Part shown: in pieces, positions 21,401 through 29,414 of the stretch | Layout of the letters: each line of letters starts with the position of its first letter | Numbering within the stretch: the first letter of the stretch is position 1 | Origin: Tolypothrix carrinoi HA7290-LM1 | Lineage (GTDB): Bacteria > Cyanobacteriota > Cyanobacteriia > Cyanobacteriales > Nostocaceae | Assembly: GCA_019358935.1 (NCBI GenBank) | Contig: JAHHIK010000007.1 | Coordinates: 32,001-96,000, forward strand | DNA: 64,000 bases | Direction of reading: 5' to 3' | Notes under the pieces: model-generated | What the model was told of the DNA's origin: nothing | Database searches by the model: none | Seen by the model: only the letters and a program-made list of their open reading frames with translations | Position numbers and translations under genes: made by a program

Positions 21401-24400
21401 GATTTTGGTTTTTGGATGAAATCTGCTGGTGATAGCCGTATTAACCGATTTACATAGCGCTCCTCACCCCGTAAGGCGATTTCATCTTCCTTGTCGTCTG
21501 CCATCAACTCTGACAAAAGTGACTGAATCTCCTCTGGAGTACTGGCTCTACTCAAATCCACCCGAGTACAGCGAAGATTGGGATGTTCGTTGTTGATAAC
21601 CCGACCAAAACCCCACAAAGGAGATTGGGCAACACAGAGGGATTTCAAACCTCCTACTGTTTGGGTAGAGTTCGTCACCAAAAATAGACGCAGAGAATGC
21701 CGCCAATTGACTTTAGCCAATGCTTGAACCAAATGCAGCACGCCCAGACAGCTGTGTATCTGAGTTGATTCTAGGGTGGCTGCTGTCATTTCCTCACTTG
21801 GTGGTGTGTCTAGACTCCAGAGATAAACCACGCCGCGACAGGCTGGTTGACTGGCATTCACCGCTTCCAGGAGTTGCTGCATATCTTCTGCATGTTCCGG
21901 GCAAATTTGGAAGTTATCTGCATCAAGGCGCTTGAAGTCAATTGCAGGCTCTATCAGAATCGGGATTTCTTGGCGTTGTTTCAGTTCTTCTGCTAGCTGT
22001 TGCCCGACTCCAGAACTGTCAGCAAAAATTAACCAAGTTCCTGGATTTTCAGGCTTATGGGGAACAGCTGATGAGGGCTGAACTTCTTGCCCAAGCTTTG
22101 GGCTAGTAGCCAGAATAACGGTGTGGAGAGACTTATCTGTTTCTGGTAGTGTATCTGCAATGCTAGCAACTTCCGCAAACCCGACATCTTTTAGCAAAGA
22201 ACGCCACTGAGGCTCAGAAAGCAAAGGGTGCGATCGCCGCAGTTGGACATCAGTAAATAGCCACCAGCCGTTGAGCAATCCAAATACTAGATCCGCGAAG
22301 CGGTCAGTGGCTGTCAACTCCAGCAAAACCAGCAACCCGGAGGAAGCGAGAAGCTGTTTGACATTTTCTAGGGTCTGACGAAGGTCACGGGTCGCGTGCA
22401 GTACGTCTGATGCCAGAATCAGATCAAATGAATGCGGCTGAAATCCTTGCGCGACTATATCCGCCTCAATATCCAGAATTTGGTACTCAACAAAGGGATA
22501 ATCGCGGAACTTTTGCTCGGCAGAGACTGTAAACTGTGGTGAAATGTCAGTAAATATATATTCTGTCCGACGTGGCGTCAGCTTTGGAAGGACATAGGAT
22601 GTCAGCGAACCTGTACCTGCGCCAATTTCTAAAATCCGTACCGTTCGCTCTTTTGGTAAACCTTCCAGCGCAATAACGATCGCTTTTTCAACCAGCAGGT
22701 TATAGATCCGATAACTAGGTGAATCTTGGTACAGATGCTCAGATGTTGTCACAGAACCTTCCGGAAAAATGAGTTGCAGTGGCTCGACTTCTCCTCGCAA
22801 CACCTGACCCAACTTCTGACCGCACCGCCCTAACAACGTCAGTTCCGCTTGATAAGCGCTAAATTCCGCTAAAAGTGCTTTCCAAGTCTCAATAGGCTCC
22901 TTCATGGACGGTATGCGGCAAACTTCCCACTGGTCATCTACCCGACGCAGCACGCCTTCTTCAGCCAGGATTTCCAACAATCGACCCAAAAGTTGTCGAT
23001 GGTGAGACACTACGCCTAACTGTTCTGCAAGAGTTTCCGCGCTTATACGAGTCAGCAATTTCGGCTCCCATCCAAGTTGCTTGAAAGCTTTAAGAACGTA
23101 AGCAGCACATAAAGCATCAGTTTGTGGCTTTAACTGCTCGTAGAACTGCTTCCTTCCTAATTGCACGCTCAACCGAGTCGCTTCGGATTGGAGGTCAAAG
23201 GCGATTTGCATCGGGGAGGGCAGATAATCAGGGGTGGGGCGAACTAACTCTTGAGTGGGACGTGCCTTCATCTCCCATTGGTATTCGTAGAGGTAATCCA
23301 CTTTCTTTGAACTTTCCTGCTTGTTCTCCAAGGACTGGCAGACAAGTCCGAGAATTTCTACCAGTACGTTTCCGGCATCATCGAGCAGTTGAATATCTCC
23401 TTTGAGACGGGTGGCGGCGGTTTGCTCCATCAGGCGGGCGTAGCTCCACATTTGCAACCCTGGACGACCGTAAACTCTCACTTGTTCTATCTGTACTGGC
23501 AGGTAAGTCACTTTAACAGAGACAGTGGCGAGCGACACCTGAAAACAAGCATCAAGGATAGCCGGATGCAACTGGTATTCCCCGACTTCTGTCTGTAAAG
23601 CATTACTGATCTGAATTTGAGCCAGCGCTTCGCCTTCGCCGCTCCAAAGCTGCTCGATTCCTTGAAAACAAGGACCATATTCGAGTCCTATTTCCTGGAA
23701 TTGCCGATATAGATCTATCTTAGAAATTTCGTTGGGACAACGGCGGCGAATTTCATCCAGCACAACCTGCTTAGAGACAAAGCTATTTTGATTACGGCTC
23801 AGCTTGCCAGTTGCGTGTCGAACCCACTCCGATTGGGCACCTTTAACATTGCTGTTAATCTCGAAGAATGTTTGGCTTAGCTCTATACTTAACTGAAGTG
23901 TTGACGCACTACTTTCTGGTAAGAAGAGAGCTTTTTGAAATTCAATTTCCTCTATAATATAAGCGCCATCTTTGAAAATTTCCGATGCTGCAGCCAAAGC
24001 CATTTCCACATAAGCTGCTCCCGGATAAACCACGGCTCCTTGGACGCGATGGTCATCAAGATAACTGAGGCGATGCTTGTCAATCTCTGCATCCCAAATC
24101 GGTTGACTTGATTTCAGACGGCTTCCTAAAAGGGGGTGGACTTGTTGCCCCAACATTGAGCGCTGGGGGATTGTTCCAATCCGCACTCCCATAGATTCTT
24201 CAGACTCGTGCCAATAACGCTCTCGCTGCCAGGGATAAGAAGGCAAACGCACGAAACGCCCTTGCTGCGGATAGAGCTGATCCCAGTCAACCGGGTATCC
24301 CAAGGTGTAGAGCTTGCCAAATGACGAGAGCATCGTAGGGCGTTCCGGTTCTTTACGCCGCAGGGTTTGAAGCACTGTTCCAGATATCTCAGCTAAAGCC

Positions 24401-26943
24401 AGACACTCAGAAATTGAATTGGCGAGAACTGGATGAGCGCTTATTTCGAGGAAGGTGTTATAACGAGCTTGAATCAGGGAAGCGATCGCCGCTGCAAAAA
24501 GCACTGGCTCCCTCATGTTCAGACCCCAGTAGGTACCATCCAACTCTGAACCGTCTACCTGCTTGCTAGTAACGGTAGAGAACAGAGGAATTGTAGCCTT
24601 TTTAGGCTTGATTTTTTGCAGAGATTGTGCTAATTCTGCCTTTAATGGCTCCATGAAGGGGCTGTGATAAGGCACCTCAACTTGCAGGAACCGGCAGAAA
24701 ATTTGTTTTTGTTCTAAAGATGTGACAATTTCTGACAAGGCGGCGCTATCCCCAGCCAGGGTGACGGCACTGGGGCTGTTAACAGCTGCAATAGAAACGC
24801 AACTCTCGTATTTTAATCCTGCTAATACGCGCTGGGCTTCCTCTTGAGACAGCCCAACAGCTAGCATTTTCCCTTTGCCCGCAGCCGATGCTTGAACGCG
24901 GCTGCGGTGGAAAATGACCCGCACGGCATCTTCTAGACTCAGAACTCCGGCAACGTAGGCGGCTGCGACTTCACCGACGCTGTGACCCACGATTGCTTGG
25001 GGCGTAATGCCCCAGTCACACCACAAGGCGGCTAGAGCGATTTGCACGGCAAAGATGGAACACTGAGCGATTTGGGTAGAGTTGATGCGGCTCGTCTCTT
25101 CTGATGCTCTAAGTTCTGACAACAATGACCAATCAGCATATTGCCGCAGCAATTCGTCGCAGTGTTCGATTACCTCTCGGAATACGGGTTCGGATTCCAA
25201 CAACTGACGTCCCATTGCCCACCACTGGGGTCCCATACCAGAGAAAACGAAAGCCAGTTTGGGTTCAAAACCTGGAGCTAGGGAACCCGAAGACATAGCT
25301 GGACGGTTTTCTCCCGCTAGAAATGCTTCTAGGTTTTCTACCAGTTCTTCTTTAGTATAAGCCACCAACGCCAACCGATAGTCGTGATGACCTCGGCGAT
25401 TGCTAGCAGTGTAGCAGATGTCTGTCAATGAAACATCAGCGCCCTCTTCAAGAGCGGTTAAAAACTCATGGGTTGCTTTTGCAACAGCGATAAGTGCCTC
25501 CGGACTCTTTGCTGATAGGGGTAATAGCACTGAAAGAGAACCGCGCTCTGAATCGGCTATATTCGTTACAGCATCCGTTGCTAATCCTGATAAAAGCACA
25601 TGGGCATTCGTTCCCCCAAATCCAAAGGAATTCACGCCAGCAATGCGCGGTCCATTTTCGTTTTCCCAAGGTTCAAGGGTAGTAGGCACGCGCAACCCCA
25701 ATTCTTCAAAAGGAATTTTGGGATTCGGTGTTTGAAAATGTAGATTTGGCGGAATTTGGCAGTGCTTGAGAGCCAGCGCGACTTTGATGAGTCCAGCAAT
25801 TCCCGATGCTGTTTCCAAATGTCCAATGTTGGTTTTTACTGAACCAACTGTACAGTAGTTTCCTGGAGTCCGATTTTTACTCAGTACGTTTCCCAGAGCG
25901 ATCGCTTCTATCGGATCGCCCACGGGTGTGCCTGTGCCGTGAGCCTCAATATACTGTATTTGATGTGGCGATACCCCTGCCTGACGGCAGGCTTCCTGGA
26001 GTGCTGCTTCTTGAGACTGTCCGTTAGGAACCGTGATGCCATTGGTTTGACCGTCCTGGTTGACTGCGCTGCTAAGAATCACGGCATAAATCGGGTCTCT
26101 ATCTGCTTGCGCTTGAGATAAAGGCTTCAAAATAACAATACCGGCTCCCTCAGCGCGGACATAACCATTAGCTCGTGCATCAAAGGTAAAGCAACGCCCA
26201 TCGGGAGAGAGCATTGATGCCTGAGAAAATCCTATGGTTGCTTCTGGTCTGAGTATCGCATTCACGCCTCCTGCTATTGCCAGCACAGACTCTCCATTCC
26301 AGATACTTTGACACGCAAGATGAACTGCAACCAGCGATGAAGAGCAGGCTGTGTCAACAGTCATACTTGGTCCTTTGAGGTCAAATACGTAGGAAATGCG
26401 GTTAGCTGTGATACAGTTAACGCCGCCCAAGTTTGTATAAGCGTTAATGGAGTCGCGATCACTCCCTTGGATGTTTTGGTAATCGCTACCTGATATTCCA
26501 ACAAACACCCCTGTCTTCGAGTCAGCAAGGCGTTCTGGCATCTGCCCCCCGTCCTCCAGCGCTTCCCAGGCTACCTCCAGCATCAGTCGTTGCTGCGGGT
26601 CCATGCGAGATGCCTCTCGCGGAGAAATTCCGAAAAATTGGGCATCAAATTCGTCTATCTTATTTACAAAGCCGCCCCAGCGGGTTCGTATTTTGCCCGG
26701 TTTTGCTATATCCGGGTCGTAAAAATTATTTACGTTCCAGCGCGACTCTGGCACCTCGCTAATGGCATCCACGCCCGAAAGCAGCAGTTTCCAGAAAGCT
26801 TCTGGGCTGTTGACATTGCCTGGAAAGCGGCAGCCCATACCGATAATGGCTATGGATTCTTTTTCTCTACCACTGCCCCCACCTTCAAAGTACGTGGTTT
26901 CTTTTAAAGTTTGCTGCTTAAGATATGGCACATCCTGAGTCAT
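18457..26943 (-). CDS. Single-module type I PKS, KS-AT-DH-cMT-ER-KR-ACP-TE (2828 aa)
   Basis: KS DTACSSS/HGTGT/KTNIGH; AT GHSVGE and VPYHS; DH HRVQGAVVYP; MT ILEIGAGTG and VLHAT; ER LIHAAAGGVG; KR GGLGGFG/LDD/YVAAN; ACP GLDSL; TE GHSLG and GNHLF. Confidence 0.95.
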   Translation of the reverse strand: MTQDVPYLKQQTLKETTYFEGGGSGREKESIAIIGMGCRFPGNVNSPEAFWKLLLSGVDAISEVPESRWNVNNFYDPDIAKPGKIRTRWGGFVNKIDEFDAQFFGISPREASRMDPQQRLMLEVAWEALEDGGQMPERLADSKTGVFVGISGSDYQNIQGSDRDSINAYTNLGGVNCITANRISYVFDLKGPSMTVDTACSSSLVAVHLACQSIWNGESVLAIAGGVNAILRPEATIGFSQASMLSPDGRCFTFDARANGYVRAEGAGIVILKPLSQAQADRDPIYAVILSSAVNQDGQTNGITVPNGQSQEAALQEACRQAGVSPHQIQYIEAHGTGTPVGDPIEAIALGNVLSKNRTPGNYCTVGSVKTNIGHLETASGIAGLIKVALALKHCQIPPNLHFQTPNPKIPFEELGLRVPTTLEPWENENGPRIAGVNSFGFGGTNAHVLLSGLATDAVTNIADSERGSLSVLLPLSAKSPEALIAVAKATHEFLTALEEGADVSLTDICYTASNRRGHHDYRLALVAYTKEELVENLEAFLAGENRPAMSSGSLAPGFEPKLAFVFSGMGPQWWAMGRQLLESEPVFREVIEHCDELLRQYADWSLLSELRASEETSRINSTQIAQCSIFAVQIALAALWCDWGITPQAIVGHSVGEVAAAYVAGVLSLEDAVRVIFHRSRVQASAAGKGKMLAVGLSQEEAQRVLAGLKYESCVSIAAVNSPSAVTLAGDSAALSEIVTSLEQKQIFCRFLQVEVPYHSPFMEPLKAELAQSLQKIKPKKATIPLFSTVTSKQVDGSELDGTYWGLNMREPVLFAAAIASLIQARYNTFLEISAHPVLANSISECLALAEISGTVLQTLRRKEPERPTMLSSFGKLYTLGYPVDWDQLYPQQGRFVRLPSYPWQRERYWHESEESMGVRIGTIPQRSMLGQQVHPLLGSRLKSSQPIWDAEIDKHRLSYLDDHRVQGAVVYPGAAYVEMALAAASEIFKDGAYIIEEIEFQKALFLPESSASTLQLSIELSQTFFEINSNVKGAQSEWVRHATGKLSRNQNSFVSKQVVLDEIRRRCPNEISKIDLYRQFQEIGLEYGPCFQGIEQLWSGEGEALAQIQISNALQTEVGEYQLHPAILDACFQVSLATVSVKVTYLPVQIEQVRVYGRPGLQMWSYARLMEQTAATRLKGDIQLLDDAGNVLVEILGLVCQSLENKQESSKKVDYLYEYQWEMKARPTQELVRPTPDYLPSPMQIAFDLQSEATRLSVQLGRKQFYEQLKPQTDALCAAYVLKAFKQLGWEPKLLTRISAETLAEQLGVVSHHRQLLGRLLEILAEEGVLRRVDDQWEVCRIPSMKEPIETWKALLAEFSAYQAELTLLGRCGQKLGQVLRGEVEPLQLIFPEGSVTTSEHLYQDSPSYRIYNLLVEKAIVIALEGLPKERTVRILEIGAGTGSLTSYVLPKLTPRRTEYIFTDISPQFTVSAEQKFRDYPFVEYQILDIEADIVAQGFQPHSFDLILASDVLHATRDLRQTLENVKQLLASSGLLVLLELTATDRFADLVFGLLNGWWLFTDVQLRRSHPLLSEPQWRSLLKDVGFAEVASIADTLPETDKSLHTVILATSPKLGQEVQPSSAVPHKPENPGTWLIFADSSGVGQQLAEELKQRQEIPILIEPAIDFKRLDADNFQICPEHAEDMQQLLEAVNASQPACRGVVYLWSLDTPPSEEMTAATLESTQIHSCLGVLHLVQALAKVNWRHSLRLFLVTNSTQTVGGLKSLCVAQSPLWGFGRVINNEHPNLRCTRVDLSRASTPEEIQSLLSELMADDKEDEIALRGEERYVNRLIRLSPADFIQKPKSLVQNQEPFRLEISTPGVLDNLELRSYARQEPASGSVEIQVCATGLNFKDVAKAINLLSDASLEGTFSGRSLGIECAGIVTAIGSGVEEFKIGDEVIACAPHSFSTHTTTDARAVVHKPAHLSFEEAATIPVTFLTAYYALHYLGQICKGERVLIHAAAGGVGLAAIQIARLVGAEIFATAGSPEKREFLRSLGVQHVMDSRSLAFASQVMEITGGKGVDIVLNSLAGEAIPKTLSVLGAYGRFIEIGKRDIEQNNKLGLRPFQNNLSFFAVDLDKLLSDRPDKAGSLLGEVMQYFEAKTFHPLPHRVFPISRVISAFRYMAQAKHIGKIVVSLQEPDVTVAPSSEETVTFRPDGTYLITGGLGGFGLAVAQWLVEGGARHLVLMGRSGASSPAASEAVKILESAGARVVVAKADVSQEEQVKGVLTDIKQSMPPLRGIIHAAMVLDDAPLLDLNQERLAKAIAPKLIGAWNLHTHTLNAPLDFFVSFSSFSSIIGNAGQGNYVAANTFLDTLAHHRRAQGLPALTVNWGAIADVGYVAQNTVVGQYLEQIGMKALPSQEALQILGQLLLLEAVQTGVAPVNWQRWGEIYPAGASARFSHLVNEATVLGKADGRNSERDSLRNTVLVAKPAERQQILESHLQKQVARVLGTSPAKLDRSKPLTNLGLDSLMGVELSNRIESVLGVSVPTMKLMQGPSISQLAVELVEQLMETSLTTATTSQTQLPPSVTAVPTDWLVFPKPNPDACLRLFCFPYLGGSSSVFLPWSDDLPSDVEVCAVKLPGNKDFLGEQSFDELTSIVETLAQVVLPYLDKPFVFYGHSLGALVSFELARQLRRENGKIPAHLFIGASQAPQLPYLHPSVEQFSEFELIKGVSVNDLLQLYWEKTELVELLPQILKEVTLLTERYSYTEEEPLDCPISVFGGTQDKVITEDLLSAWREQTRSTFKLQMFSGNHLFLHSDQQLLLQAISEELTPLMSSLVK

Positions 26944-27008
26944 GACGGATTTATTCTTGAAGGGTTACTTTTATTCTTACTGTGGTGAGCATCCATAGGA
27001 GTTGATTT

Positions 27009-27054
27009 ATGCTTCCGGTAGTGAAGTCATAATACGATTCAGTACCGGAAGCAT
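27009..27054. repeat. 17-bp inverted repeat upstream of the PKS (hairpin/terminator)
   Basis: ATGCTTCCGGTAGTGAA...TTCAGTACCGGAAGCAT, one mismatch; T run follows on the + strand. Confidence 0.65.
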
Positions 27055-27118
27055 TTTTTCATACTTCTGATGATAATACAACATCTATTGAGCTAAATGA
27101 TGACGTAATCTCGTATTA

Positions 27119-27293
27119 GTAGAGATTTTGTGTAAAAAAAGTTTGTGCCAATAGAGATAATCATATCCACCGCTTGGGTGGCGATTAACTCCTCTCGAAT
27201 CTCCTTTTCCCCATGTCCCGCATCCGATGCAGAACTCGCCATCACAAACCCGGCTCTACCTCGCTCATTTAAATAACTGTAAAAATACTGTAC
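27119..27293 (-). pseudogene. hsdM: Internal fragment of a type I restriction-modification methyltransferase (HsdM)
   Basis: Manual translation VQYFYSYLNERGRAGFVMASSASDAGHGEKEIREELIATQAVDMIISIGTNFFYTKSL; both ends of the gene are missing. Confidence 0.75.
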
Positions 27294-27419
27294 TGGAGTT
27301 TAGACTAACGCTCTTTTATTACTAAACTTAAAGTATAATTAATTACTAACAGCTTAACCTACCAGGAGTGTTTGATTGGGTTCAAGAACAGCTACCTCCA
27401 CCATCACCGTGGTGAAATT

Positions 27420-27569
27420 AAAGACGATCATGTTAAATTGTGGCAGATGGGAGGATTAGATGAACTACTAGAGCGGGGTTGTCAACAGGTGCGAGGTTAT
27501 CTAGTTAATCTTGATGAGAATCACAGCGATCGCCATCTTTGTGATAGCATCAGCAATTCTCAGAGATGA
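27420..27569 (+). pseudogene. C-terminal fragment of a cyanobacterial WD40-repeat protein
   Basis: DDHVKLWQMGGLDELLERGCQQVRGYL...DRHLCD resembles the last WD blade plus typical tail. Confidence 0.6.
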
Positions 27570-27775
27570 TATTGTATTACTCACGTTCGCGTCACTACCT
27601 TTGACTAAAAGCCATTATCGGCATTTAGAAAAGTCTTCAAGCACAAATTTAGCTAATGGTACGGTGACCTTATGTTCTTAAGAAAAAAATAATAAATTTA
27701 ATCCTGGCAATCAAAAAAAGCACTGTAGCATAAGCAACAAAGGAGCTAATCATGTTACCTTCACTGCGCGGTATT

Positions 27776-27849
27776 GGCAATCTCTTCAATCATCCTCAGA
27801 GCAAATTATCTCAATCGTTGCTTGCTTTCGGCTCTCTTTGCTACTCGAC
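27776..27849 (+). repeat. 74-bp degenerate direct repeat, copy 2
   Basis: Matches 14110-14183 with 9 mismatches and no gaps. Confidence 0.85.
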
Positions 27850-27970
27850 ATTTGTCAAGTACGCATTCGTGGATGGCGTATAGATATGGGAGTGCAGTAG
27901 TTGGCTGCTGCGGTGCTTAGTGCGACTCTAATTCTTCCATTTGTTGCTTTTTCGCTTCGTTTCTGCTCTC

Positions 27971-28600
27971 AGACTAACTATTCCCCCAGAACAGCCTCCA
28001 ATTGGGCGATCGCTTAAGAGTGAATCGGTGCAACCTGTTCTTGAATGGGCGCTAACTGTGCAGCTATCTTGACAATAACGTTATTGGCAGAGTCTGGTTC
28101 CTCTGACTCAGTTTTGACAATAACGTTATTGGCAGAGTCTGGTTTCACCGTTTCACCTTTGACCATTACGTTATTAGCTACTTTGGCATCAACGAGCGAG
28201 AAGGCGTTTTAATGTAGCTCAAGATTTGGAGTGCCTGTGCCGGCAAATTTTACTCTAACTGTTTAAGTTTCTCATCAATTCTTCGCACACTTGACGCGAG
28301 TCGGCACACCCTATCACTAGACGCATCAGTTATAGACTACAAAGCGCCTGTTCTTACCAAAGACAATTGCTCGTGACCCGACATCTTCACATACAGCTAG
28401 CAGCTTTACACTTGAGAAGAAATAATAATACTTCCTACGGAATTTTCCGCGCATTACTATCAGCAAGACGCGTGGAGTGCAAGCGATCGCTCGCAGTGCT
28501 CAAATTGGTAATAAGCGGTACTAAAGAAGCGATCGCGCTTCTTGACTCTGCGGTCAATCGTAAGAACGTCATCAAGTCTTTTTATGAGACAAACACAATT
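27971..28600 (-). pseudogene. Degraded gene divergent from parA containing ANNV repeats
   Basis: Minus frame reads DAKVANNVMVKGETVKPDSANNVIVKTESEEPDSANNVIVKIAAQLAPIQEQ, then shifts to AIAQLEAVLGE*; several stops and frameshifts; 5' boundary approximate. Confidence 0.45.
28070..28179. repeat. Three variants of the 20-bp palindrome at 45-bp period (candidate parS sites)
   Basis: TGACAATAACGTTATTGGCA at 28070 and 28115; degenerate copy at 28160. Confidence 0.8.
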
Positions 28601-28658
28601 TAACAGCACTAATTGAGTTATCTTACCTCTATATGGGGCAGAGCCAATCAACTCACTT

Positions 28659-29414
28659 ATGAGCCGAATTATTGCAATATTTAATCAAGCGGGTGGTGTC
28701 GCCAAGTCAACTCTTACCCAAAACTTGGGCTATCATTTAGCACAACTCAAGCATCGTGTCCTCCTCATCGACATGGACCCTCAAGGCTCCTTAACAATCT
28801 TTATGGGTTTGGTTCCTAGAGTTTTAAGCAAAACTGTCTATGATGCCATAGTCGAAGAACAACCCCTGTCGATTCATCAGGGAATTCACGGCATGGACTT
28901 AGCCCCCACCAACACCACCCTTAGTACAGCGGAAATGCTATTGGTCAATGCCGAACTGCGCGACTTCCGTCTCAAAGAAGCTATTGAGCCAATCCAGGAC
29001 GATTACGACTTCATCTTAATAGACTGCCCTCCCAGTCTAGGACTGCTAAGTTACATTTCTCTTGTAGCTGCTACTCATGTCCTTGTCCCCATCGAAACTC
29101 ATTTCAAAGCTTTTGAAGGAACAAACGAACTCCTGAAAACCGTCGCCAGGATTCGCACCAAAGTCAACCGTCATCTTGAGATAGCTGGGTTTGTTCCCAC
29201 CAAATACGATTCCCGTAATTCCCAGGACACTCGCACCTTGGGAGCAATTACTGAACAACTCTCTCAGATGGGAAAAGTCTTTCCCCCCATTCCTCGTTCC
29301 ACTACCTTCGTTGATGCAACAGAAGACCGAATGCCCCTAGCCGTGTATGAGCCAAAGCATCCAGCTGTTGCTGTCCTTAAACAGTTAGCTAGCAGCATGG
29401 AGTCCTTAAAATGA
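28659..29414 (+). CDS. parA: ParA/Soj-family partition ATPase
   Basis: NQAGGVAKST deviant Walker A, LIDMDPQ, FILIDCPPSLG. Confidence 0.95.
   Translation: MSRIIAIFNQAGGVAKSTLTQNLGYHLAQLKHRVLLIDMDPQGSLTIFMGLVPRVLSKTVYDAIVEEQPLSIHQGIHGMDLAPTNTTLSTAEMLLVNAELRDFRLKEAIEPIQDDYDFILIDCPPSLGLLSYISLVAATHVLVPIETHFKAFEGTNELLKTVARIRTKVNRHLEIAGFVPTKYDSRNSQDTRTLGAITEQLSQMGKVFPPIPRSTTFVDATEDRMPLAVYEPKHPAVAVLKQLASSMESLK

Noticed and set aside
18795..26907. Numerous 60-135-aa ORFs inside or antisense to the PKS and other long genes
   Set aside because: Shadow ORFs of well-supported genes, with no motifs of their own.
18457..26943. Heterocyst glycolipid synthase (hgl/pfa type), suggested by devBC
   Set aside because: Single ACP, embedded methyltransferase and TE, and no chain-length-factor partner genes; the architecture differs from HglE/PfaA.
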